Below are positions 29,904 through 40,082 of a stretch of 64,000 bases of DNA, in pieces. A program made the position numbers and the translations under genes. This DNA comes from Cyanophora paradoxa CCMP329 (Eukaryota > Plantae > Glaucophyta). Where the stretch lies: NCBI GenBank assembly GCA_004431415.1, contig QPMI01000494.1:186001-250000 (forward strand). The letters run 5' to 3'. The notes beneath the pieces are model-generated. The model had not been told where the DNA came from. It made no database searches and saw only the letters and a list, made by a program, of their open reading frames with translations. How positions within the stretch are numbered: position 1 is the first letter of the stretch; every line of letters begins with the position of its first letter.

Positions 29904-31993
29904 ATGGGGCAGGCAGCCGCGAAGCCCGTCAATGCAGACGGCAAGCCGCTGGCTCAGGTAACCGGTACACACAAACCACTACTCAAGTGAGGCCCCCAGC
30001 GTGCATGTCGGGCCGTGACGCGGGCCGTCCCTGATGCGTACGCTTTTGTGCGCCCCGAGCAGCTACAGCCACCTGGTCAACGCATTCGCCAAGTCAGCAG
30101 TGGCAGCAGTAAAAAACGATGGCTCCATCCTCGTGCGTCCGCCCGCCTTTCGCCGCGGCGGAAGCGCTCTCCGGCCCCATACAATCGCTTGCAGCAAGTT
30201 GCGGCTTAGCGGTTGCGCTCCAGCCGTGGACTGAGTTGGCAATGCGCAGGCATGCAACACGGCGTGCGCACAGATGTTCGCCGGCGACATCGAGGGGCAG
30301 TCGCTCTGGTTTGTATAGAGCGGCTCGCGAGCTCGCCCCGTTCCTTTTCGCGTGAGCGCTGATCGCCGCGCGGACGCAGGGAAGTCCTAGCTAGCCTTCA
30401 CTACGCGAAAGAAAACAAAAAGGTCCGCCCGATTACTTCGAACTCGGCAACGCAGGCGGCCGTCGAACGGACCCCGTCCGCAGACGTTCGTCGAGGAGTC
30501 GACGCCCATAACGACGCTGGTGGGGACGAAGCTGCAGGGCTACGCGAGGCGAAAGGTGAGAGACAAAGAAGCGGGTGCGGCGAGGCGCGCCGGGCGGGCG
30601 TCCCACGCGGCCGGCCGCGCAGGTTGGCGACCGGTCCCTGTTCAGCCTCGAGATCGAATTCAACAATCTTGCTGGCGATCCAGAGGTGGGATTGGCGCAG
30701 TTTTCTTTGATTTGGTCGAATGAGCCCGCCGATTTCTTCTTCCTTGTACCCCCAGAACCCGGTCTTCCTAACCAACTTCCGCGAACTGGACGGCGACACG
30801 GACGAGCTCGCCAAGCTCCAGAAGCTCCTCGAGGAGGTGCGGGGGGTACATGCAGATCGCGGGGGTACGCCCCTCTCACCGCTGCGGGGGGTACCGTCCG
30901 CAGAGCGAGGTGAAGAGGAACGCCGTCATCGACACGGCATCGGATGGCGTCATCGTCATCGATCAGGTGCGGCGTACCCCGAAAGGGACCATCTAGGCGG
31001 AACTGATCTGATCTTATCTGATCCGATCCGATCCGATCCGGTGCGATCAGGACGGCATCGTGCGCTCGTTCAACAAGGCTGCCAGCAAGATGTGGGGCTT
31101 GAAGCCCTCAGAGGTGCGACCCACCCCGTACCCCCGTTCCCTTCGCCCCGCAGGAAAAGCTCACGGCGCTGTACCCCGCAGGTCGTGGGCAACAACGTTA
31201 AGATTCTTATGCCCGAACAGTTCGCCAAGTGAGCGGCCAAACGAGAGAGGGAAAGCCGCCCCGCCGGGGTTCGACCCGCCGTCCCGCACGCAGGAACCAC
31301 GACCAGTACCTTGCGAACTACCACGCCACGGGAAAGGCGAAGGTTATCGGGACGGGCCGGTGAGCCCCGCCGCCGCGCTCGGGGGGAGGGCCAGGCGGCA
31401 CGGCACGCTCACGCGGGCTCGCCCGCCTGCGCAGCGAGGTGCCCGCTTGCCGGCCAGACGGATCCCTGTTCCCCATCGGCCTCTCCGTCAGGTGCGCCCC
31501 CCTCAGCCTTCGCCGCGCGCCGCGCGCCCGTTGCCCCCCGAGCCTTGCGTACCCCCCGCAGCCCGCCGGTGGAGATCTCGGGTACGTCCTATTTCGTGGG
31601 CATCGCGCGCGATCGCACGAAGCGGAAGCTGGCGGAGAAGGTGCGATCGTACCCCGCGCGCCGCAGCCGCCGCTCCGGCCTCAAATGGATCCGGCCCGGA
31701 CCGAACCCGCCCGGCACCCCCGCAGATGCTCACTTCCAACGTCGCGTGGGTCGAGAACATGTGCTACGGTACTCCCCCCCCCCCCCCCCCGCACAAGAAA
31801 CCGCGAGTACCCCGCCGCGGGCCGTGAACCGAACCGTGTACCCCCCGCAGGCTCCGGGGCCCAGGACCTGCTCATCGACGAGGACGGGAATATCCACTAC
31901 AAGACGAAGGCGCGTACCCCCGTCTCGATCCTGGCGTGTTTATAATTAGCCGCGCCTCGCTGATCCCCTCCGCAGAAGGCGATGGGCGAATGA
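29904..31993 (+). CDS. Tandem PAS-domain protein, second PAS of FixL heme-binding type; N-terminal MG myristoylation-like motif; no output domain
   Basis: Spliced: MGQAAAKPVNADGKPLAQVTGTHKPLLN|YSHLVNAFAKSAVAAVKNDGSIL|ACNTACAQMF...; [120 protein letters not shown]. Ends KTK|KAMGE* via a GC-AG intron at 31910-31975. Confidence 0.85.
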
Positions 31994-32446
31994 GGCGCCC
32001 TCTTTGGATCCGCAGCCCCCGCTCTCTCTAGATAATAATACTTTTCCTCCATTCGCTCGTTTCAAAATGTACGCTTTGTTCGTACGTCCCGGCTTAGGCG
32101 GAGCCCTCGGCCCTCCGCCTTCTCCCGTGTGCGTGCGAGTGAAGCGCTTGCGAGGATAGTCGTTTGTACAGCTCGCCATAGACGTAGCGCTAACCGCGTA
32201 GTGCCAGTTGCTTGTTCCGCGTGAATACGTAGTTGCTCACTGTCAACACCATGTACCATATGCCAAGGCCACAGCGGCGCAGCGCATGGCTCCCGAGTCC
32301 CGAGCTCGACGGATGTATACGTAGATATAGCGGCGCAGCTGCAGCGCATGCGCATTCTGACTCGTGACATACTGCATCCGGGTCGAATTCGCCGCGTGGC
32401 AGAAGCCAGCTGCAGCGGTCCGGTCCGGCGGCGGCCGAATTTAAAG

Positions 32447-32668
32447 TCAGGTTTCGCCTGTACCCCTACCCCAATAGTGCGGGCTAGCTAGCGCTTGTAG
32501 CGCGCGCAGAAAGGAGGCCTCGTCCGCGCTCCCCTCGATGATGGCAAGCGCGCCGCGGGCATAGTGGAAACTAGCGTAGTTCGCCGCAGCCCAATAACTA
32601 GGATTCTGCAGCACCAGCTCGCCGCCGGGGCGCTCAGCAGCAAGCGAAATCGGCTCCGGAAGAAGCAT
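32447..32668 (-). CDS. Possible small protein (~73 aa), head-to-head with the J-domain gene
   Basis: ATG-initiated ORF MLLPEPISLAAERPGGELVLQNPSYWAAANYASFHYARGALAIIEGSADEASFLRALQALASPHYWG with protein-like composition, unlike the Arg/Pro-rich shadow ORFs. Only ~30 bp from the divergent ATG, which casts doubt on it. Confidence 0.25.
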   Translation of the reverse strand: MLLPEPISLAAERPGGELVLQNPSYWAAANYASFHYARGALAIIEGSADEASFLRALQALASPHYWGRGTGET

Positions 32669-32701
32669 TAGCACATCTCGAAGCCCGCGCGCAGCGCTCC
32701 G

Positions 32702-33558
32702 ATGTCTGGACTCAAGCCGCTCAGTGTTGCGGCCGGACTGCTCGGCACGGCGGTCGGCACGGGCATTGCGTTTCTGGGCGGAGGGCTGCGGATAGCGACG
32801 GCGGTTTCAGCCGCCGCCGCGACGGTCGCCGCGGCGATCTCCCCTTCGGAGGACCCCGCGCCCGAGGTCGTGCAGCCGGCCAGCTCCGGCGCGACGGGCT
32901 ACAGCCGGGGCGCCCGCGCATTCATCCTACTTTACTTTGCATACGTTGTGTGCGGCCCGATTCGAAGGAGGCAAGGAGCCCGCGCGGAGAGGCCGCGGGC
33001 GCGGTCAGCGGCAGCGACAGGACGGACCGCCGGCACCGGCGACGCGCCGGTGCGAGGGCCGGGCCCGCCCCCGCGTGCATAGCTTACGCTTGTACCGCCT
33101 CGTGAACAGGACGCCGCCCGCGCGCAGCTTCAGGAGCGGATCTCGCGGCGCGTGCAGACGTGGGCGGCGGCCAACAACCACAGCCTGCCCTGCATGCTCA
33201 ACGACATCATACTGCGGCTCTCTGTCAACGGTCTCACCACGCTCCCGCCGGGCGCGTCCCCCGAGGATATCAAGCGCACGTACAAGTGCGTCCGTGCTTG
33301 CTTGCTTCGAGACGCGCGCGGTGCGCCGGGCCGGGGCGGCGGCTGACACCGACTGGACGCAGGCGCCTGCTCATCAAGATCCATCCCGACAAGGTTGGCC
33401 AGGCGAGCGAAGCGGAGTACCTGGAAGCGACGGAAACCTTTAAGGTGCGCCGGATCGAATTCGAATTCGAATCGAACTTCTGACCGATCAAATCTCGGAT
33501 CGAATCCGCGCCGCAGGTCCTGCTCGCGGCCTACCGAACGTCTTTCGCAGAAGTATAG
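32702..33558 (+). CDS. Auxilin-like C-terminal J-domain (DnaJ/Hsp40 co-chaperone) protein with hydrophobic N-terminus
   Basis: RVQTWAAANNHSLPCMLNDII..PEDIKRTYK|RLLIKIHPDKVGQASEAEYLEATETFK|VLLAAYRTSFAEV*. HPD motif lies at the extreme C-terminus, as in auxilin-type J proteins. Confidence 0.8.
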
Positions 33559-33906
33559 CGTGGGAGATAGTTTGGGAGCCTCGGAGCGATCACCGCGGCA
33601 AAGACTGTCCGCCGGGCGCCGCAAAAGCGACGCGGCGCCGGCGCCGGCGCTAGCACCAGGGCCCGGCCCGCCTGCAGAGCCCGAGGCCCCCATTTAAATT
33701 TCTTTGAAGCGTATGCTTTCTTTCGTTTTGTACTGTGCAATCTGCTTTCCTGTATTCTAGCTTCGATCCGCAGCCCAGAGAATGCGCCAGGTAGTAAGAT
33801 ACGATACGATAGTTTTGCTTAGCGAATACGACTAGCGACGCCTGCAGACCTAGGCCCGGGTACTGGATTCCGGACCGGGGGGGCACTGGAACTGGATCCA
33901 GGGGGG

Positions 33907-36806
33907 CTACAAGAAGCTAAGGAGGTTGGAAGCGTACTGCATGGGCTTAACAGCGGGGTGGGGGACCTGCGCGCGGGCCCGGGCCCCGCGTGAGCCCAGG
34001 AGCCTCGAAAGCAAAACGGGAGTAAGGGGGAACGGTCAGCTGACCTCCTTGAACTGGACGAACTGCGGCTTGAGGTCCTCCTTCAGCTTTATGAGAGCTC
34101 CCTTGTTCTTCATCTGAGGCGGGCGGCCTCATATGAGCGGGACGCGGGGGCGAGCGATGCGTGGGGGAGCGAGCGGCCCGCTCCGTTCGCTATCTCGCAG
34201 TTCGCCGGGGAAGGGGGGGGGAGGGAGGGGGGTACGCGAACCTGGTCGCAGTAGTTGGGGGCCGAGAAGATGGTGATCAGGCGCCCGCCCGCCTCCACCT
34301 CGTACCCCTCGTCCTTGCACTCGTGCGACCGGATCACCAGGTCTGCGGGGGGTACGGCGTTCAGAGGAGGGTGCGGGTCGCGCGGGACGGCGCGCGGAGT
34401 TCGCTCGCGTACCCAGGCCGTTGTCGTCCAGGAACCTGGAGGAGGGGGTACGCGGGTCAGCTCCTCGGCTCCCCCCTCGCCCAGGGGGATACACCGCACC
34501 GCTTCGTGACGTCAGGTCCGAACGCGACGCCGACGCCGCGCTTGCTGGGGCCCCAGCCCGGCGCAGGCTGCGGATCGCTCCACAGCATCTCGCTCATGTA
34601 CCCTGGCGCCGCGCGCCCGTCAGGCCGTACCCCCCTCAGGTCGTCAGGAAACGGCGTACCCTCCTCCGGAGGCTCACGGAAGCGGTCTATCGCGCGGAGG
34701 TCGTCGAGCTTGACGCCGTCCTGCGCGGCGCGGGCGGGGCGGGGCGGGGCGGGGCGGGGCGGGCGTGAAAAAGGCAGAAGGCGACGCGAGCGCAGGCAGA
34801 GAGGGAGGAGAAGGCCCGGCCCCTTCCCCTCTCTTCCCGCTTCCAGCCCCTTCCTTCTTCTTCTTCTCACCTTGGAGAAGAGGCCACCGTGGACGACGAA
34901 GACTCGCTTCTCGATGACGCACGCCAGCGGCTGCGGCGGCGGCGGCGGCGGCAAGGTCAGCTTGAAGGCGGGGCAAGCCGGGCGGCCGGGCGGGCGCGGG
35001 TTCGAGTCCGCACGAGGGCGCAGAACATCTCGCTGAAGAGCTCGTAGATCAGGTCGCCGGGGTACTTCGCCCTGCACTCCCCCTCGAACCCGTACATCTG
35101 AAAGGGGGGGTACGTGAGTTTCCGGGCTGCCCAGAGGGGGGGGGTGTGGGGGAGGGGGTACCTTGTTCATGTTCCTGGACTCGTGGTTGCCGCGGGTCAT
35201 GTTGATGCAGTCGGGGTCGGCGACCTGCCGCGGGGTACGGCGGGCTCGGAAACGGAATCGATGTACCCGGCACGACGGGCGGGGGAGGAGCCGACCTTGT
35301 AGGCCGTCATCGCGAGGATAACCTCAAGCGAGAAGCTGCCGCGGTCGACCATGTCGCCTGTACCCCGACCCGCCGCGGCTCAGGGGTGGGGAGGGTACGA
35401 GGGCGCTGGAGGAAGGAAGGCCAAGGGGGGCGGGGGTACCGTTGAAGAGGTAGGGGTTGTCGGCGGAGGGCAGCCCGTTGATCTCGAAGATGTTAAGGAG
35501 GTCATAGTACTGGCCGTGCTGCGCGCGAGAGAAAGAGTACCCCCGTGAGGCGCCGCGAAGCAATGCGGTGCGGTGCGATGCGGTGCGATGCGATGCGGAG
35601 CGGCGGGGCGGAGTGGCCAAGAGGTCTGAGAAGGGGGGTACAGGGGCGACGGACCGTGTCGCCGCAGACTGTGATCTGGCGCGTGTTGGCGGCGAGCTTC
35701 AGGTCGACCACGGTCGGCATGGAGCTCAGGATCTCGATGGCTCGCAGCAGGATCTGCACGAGGTACCTGCGCGCGGCGCGGCCTCAGCAGCGAGCGCGGC
35801 GCGCACGCCCGTTCGGCCGCCCGCCCGGCCGCCCGCCCGCCCGCACCGCTTGTGGAGCCGCTTCTGGGCCTTCATGTGGTCCAGCAGCGCCTTGCAGAAC
35901 TCCACGGAGACGGACCCGTCGTCGGGCAGCCGCGGGCCGTCGTAATCCGACTCGACCGAGATGCTCTGGAGGTCGCGCAGGGCTCTGGCGGACCACTGCG
36001 CGCGCGCGGAGCGGGGCGGCGTAAGGCGCGCGCTGCGGGCGGGCGGGCGGGCGCGCGGGCGGGCGGGTGGGCGGGTCGCTCGCTCGCTCGCTCGCCTTCT
36101 CCTTGGCCTTCTCGTCGACGGCGATGGCCTTCGCGAACGCGATCTGCTGGATCACCTTGCGGCACTCCTTCAGCTTCGCCTGGGCGTCCGGGTCCGCGGG
36201 AACGATCTTGACGACCTGGTGGCGGAGGCGGTGAGACAACGGCGGAGGCGGCGGCGGCGGCGGCGGAGCGGGCGCACCGCTTCAAAGTCCCGCTGCGCGT
36301 CCTTGTACTTGCCCATTAGCATGTAGGCCGAGCCGCGCCTGCGCGGGGGAGGCTCGCCGCCGCGCATGGAGGCGCTCGAATGCGCCGTCAATGCACCTGT
36401 AGTACGCCTTGATGAAGTTCCGGTCAAGTTTGATGGCCTGGGCGGATGGGCGATCAGACGCCCCGCAGGCGTTGAGCGGTGGCCTCGGCGGCCTCGCTCA
36501 GACGGTCAAGGCCGCGCATATGCGTCGCACCTGCGTGGCATCCTCGACCGCGCTGCCGTACTCCTCGATTTTAATGTGCGCAAAGGCACGGTTCGAGTAG
36601 AGCACGGCGCTCGGTGCCAGGTCGATAGCCTGCATGCCGCACGAGTCGGCGCGGCATTAGACGCCGTAATCGGGCGGCGCGGATCGCACGGGCGGCCCCC
36701 GCGAGAGGCGCACCTTGCTGTACAAATCCACGGCCTTCGCGAACGACGCGCTCTGGAACAGCGCGTTGCCCGCCGCCTTGAGGCGATCAGCCTCCTCTGT
36801 GGCCAT
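33907..36806 (-). CDS. PP5: Serine/threonine protein phosphatase 5 (TPR + PPP catalytic domain)
   Basis: [31 protein letters not shown] (TPR); QITVCGDT|[26 protein letters not shown]|[79 protein letters not shown]; PP5-specific C-terminus [19 protein letters not shown]. Confidence 0.97.
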
Positions 36807-36906
36807 GGCGGCGGAACGATGCACGATGAGTCGATGACTTCTTGAGGGGTACAGGTGACGGGCAATAAGATGGGTGCCTCCGGTTTTTGACTGCCTCTTC
36901 TTGCTC

Positions 36907-38851
36907 ATGATCGGGGGAGACGCTGATAGCATTCCAGATCACGGGCGTACGCGCGAGGCACCGCCCGGGCTCGACGCGCTGGACGACCCGTTGCTGACCA
37001 AGATCCTGTCGTTCCTGGGCTTCTGGGAGCGGTTGCGCTCCGCCGGCGTATGCAGGCGATGGCGTACGGCGTCCTTCGAGCGACCGCTGCCGACGGACCT
37101 TTCGCTGACGTGCCCTTGCGCTGCGCTGTTGAAAAATTAAGTACGAGGCGCATTTCTGATATCTAGAGCTTCCGCAGGGTTGCCGCTGACGTGCGCAACA
37201 CCTGCGGTCGCCCGCCGTGCGCCGCACCTCGCTTCCATGCCGGGGGCCTGCACCTCAGCGCCCCCGCCCGCAGGACCGTGGAGCGGCTCGTCTCCGCGGA
37301 CCACCTGCGGGACGTGCCGCCCGATGACCGCGGCGCGCCGGCGCTGCCGACTTGCGACGCGGCCGCACTCCTGCGCCTACCGCTCTGCGCTTCCCTCGAG
37401 GAGGCTCGTATCCCGCAGGCTGTGCGTTAGCGAGATTTGATCCGAGCCGGGGCCGGCCGCGCAGATCGAGTTGTCCGTCTACTGTGCGGCAGACGTAGGC
37501 CGGCTCGACCGCCCCGCCGTGCGCGATCGAATTGGTTTCCGATCAAATTCGATCCGCCGCGACTCAGATTTTATCGCAGGTGCACCTAGCCGACGTGGCA
37601 GCCGCTTTCCCGCCGACCCTCCGCCGCCTCCGCCTTCGCGCCCCGTGCCACTACCCCTTCGTCCTCGGCGACCTCTTCCTCGCCGTCGGCGTACCCCTCT
37701 CCGAATCCGCCCCGGCCCTGGAGCACCTCAGCCTCGAGGGGGTAGACGGAGAGCCCGGGTTCGTCCCCGCCGGCCGCTCCCACGAGGCGCGCGCGTACCC
37801 CCTCCCGCGCGCCCCCGCCCTGCGCACGACCGCTTACCCCCGTCCCCGCAGCTGCCTCCGCTGCTCTCGCTGCGGGTACTGGATGCGACCCTTGCCGAGC
37901 CCGACGTACCCCTCCTTTCCTCCGCCCTCCCCAGCCTCCAGCTCGTACGGCGGGTAGCGTACTACGACGGGGCCGCCTGCGGCGCCCTGCCGGCAATGGC
38001 CTCCGCCGGGATTCGAGCCCGGGACCTCCAGCTCCTCTCTACGGACCTGCGGTGCCCGCGGGCGGCCGCGGCCCTCTGCGCCGTCCTAAAAATAGATCCG
38101 GGGGATCCGGGCGTCGGCCCCGCGCGCCTGGCCCTGGCCCGCAGCGTGCTGCCCGACTCCTGGCCCGACCAAGCCCTCGCCGGCCTTGAGAGGTGCGCTG
38201 TTAGAAACCTGAAACATTGGCTGTACCCCTCGGGTCCAGAACCCCATTTACCCCCGCAGGCTCTCCCTCACCTCCTGCGTCGCCCGCCCCGCCTCCCTCC
38301 GCCTTCCCGCCGGTACCCCCCTCCAACTCCCTCCCTCAGCCTGCCTATAAAACGCGGTTCCCACCCATCGCAGCCGCCCCCAGCCTCCGCCACGTACGTC
38401 TCGTGGACCTTCGCCTACCCCACGACGACCTGCGCGCCGGTACTCCCCCCGCGAATCGCGTACCCCTCTTCTTCCGAATCGCGTCCCCCCTCAGGGGAGC
38501 TGGACCTGCTCGCGGCGCTGGAGGCCCTGGGGGATACCGTTCAGATCGAGGCGCGGCTGGGCACTGTACCCCCCATCCGAGCTCGCGCCTGATCATGACG
38601 TTCCGAGTTCCCTCAGGTTTGCCTCTCGGACCTGGCCTGGCCCCCCGCCGCCCTCCGCGGATTCCTCCGCGGCCTCCGCTCATCGCCCGCCCTCCTCCGG
38701 TTCGCGTACCCCCCCACACCCACTCAGCTGAGCTGACGCCCGGCCCGGCTCGCCCCATGCCAGGCGCGTGGAGGCGTTCGTGGGGTCTGAGGAGCCATCG
38801 GTCGCGGCTGAGGCGGGGGCTTACCTCTCCGCCCGCGCCGCCCTCCGCTAG
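36907..38851 (+). CDS. F-box protein with downstream Leu-rich (LRR-like) region
   Basis: GLDALDDPLLTKILSFLGFWERLRSAGVCRRWR is an F-box consensus; later exons LRRLRL, LEHLSL, LRVLDA, LRHVRL; last exon RVEAFVGSEEPSVAAEAGAYLSARAALR*. Confidence 0.8.
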
Positions 38852-39554
38852 ATAGCTATAGCTTTCCGCTGACCGCCCGCCGGCGACGGCGACGGCGACG
38901 TTCGAAGTCACTGAGTCTTTAAATTTAAATTCGATGGTCCGGGATCCGTACCCGTGCATGCCATGCACGTGCCGCAGTGCCCGGCGCCGCTGGTCGATGG
39001 TGCGCGCAGCATAACTACTTATATCCTTTGTTGATGTACAACACTAGTGTACGATAGCTTGCATTACTCGAATACTTCCGGGCCTGGTGTGCAGGAGACG
39101 TCGACTTGAATTCGAAAGGGCGAGAGCCGGGCTCGGGGCAAAGAAAGGAAAGATATCCATCTACGAGAGGGAAATGAAGACGGAATTTACGCGGGGCCGG
39201 GGGCCCGGGGAGAAGGAAGCCTTGAAGCTCGAGAGGGGCCCGGGGAGAGGGAAGCCTTGCCAGGCTTGAAGCTCGAGAGACGCGTACGGAAATCGATCCG
39301 ATCACGAATCGAACTCAGAATTCGAAGGAGACAAGAAGACAGATCTAGAGAATGCGTGCGGCAGCAGGCCAGCTGGCGATGCGGGCGGGCGCCCGCGGGC
39401 AGCGTCTCTCCACTCCACTCAGATCCGCGGGTGTGCGTTCCGCTCACAAGCCAAATTAAGGATCCGCGGCTGTTCTTGAAACCGCGCGTGACGCGAAACA
39501 GCAGACTCGCAGGGCGCGGTGCGGCGGGCGCTCTCGGGCCTATACATTATTCGC

Positions 39555-39821
39555 ATGGGGGTCGACTCGCACGAGAGCTCGCTCCCGACCTCGGGCCCCG
39601 GCGCCAAGCCGAAGGAGGACGAGGCGGCGCGCCAGGGCGAGGAGGAGGCGCGAAGCGGGCGCGCTGCCGTGTCGAGGGACGAGCGCGGGCCGCACGTGGA
39701 CGACTACGGCCCGGACGCCGCGACGGGCGGCGACGGCCGCGGCGAGTCTGCGACCATCCGCCCGCCCCGGGAGAACGAGCGGCACGACATGGGCCTCCCG
39801 CACCCGCCCCGCGGCAACTAA
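39555..39821 (+). CDS. Small hydrophilic, likely disordered protein (88 aa)
   Basis: MGVDSHESSLPTSGPGAKPKEDEAARQGEEEARSGRAAVSRDERGPHVDDYGPDAATGGDG...PPRGN*; third codon positions strongly G/C as in neighbouring real exons; AT-richer flanks. Confidence 0.5.
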   Translation: MGVDSHESSLPTSGPGAKPKEDEAARQGEEEARSGRAAVSRDERGPHVDDYGPDAATGGDGRGESATIRPPRENERHDMGLPHPPRGN

Positions 39822-39989
39822 CAATGCTTCGATCGAGCTCGGTCCACGAAATTATAATTAAGCTGTGAACAGTGAAAGCTGTACTACGGTACATGTACAC
39901 CTCGCAAATAACATGAGCTATAAATTAAAGAATCCTGCGATAAGCTGTAGCTAGCCTGGAAGGACCCGCCGCGACCCCTACGATATCGA

Positions 39990-40051
39990 TCACGATCTCG
40001 AGCTGGCACCGCTGCGATTTGCGATCGACGAGCTCGAGTGGGAGCGCGCAG

Positions 40052-40082
<31 letters not shown>

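Noticed and set aside
31910-31949. PAS protein ending ARTPVSILACL* (possible targeting or lipidation tail)
   Set aside because: Sequence has a GC donor, a ctgat branch point and a ccgcag acceptor, so it is more likely an intron leading to KAMGE*.
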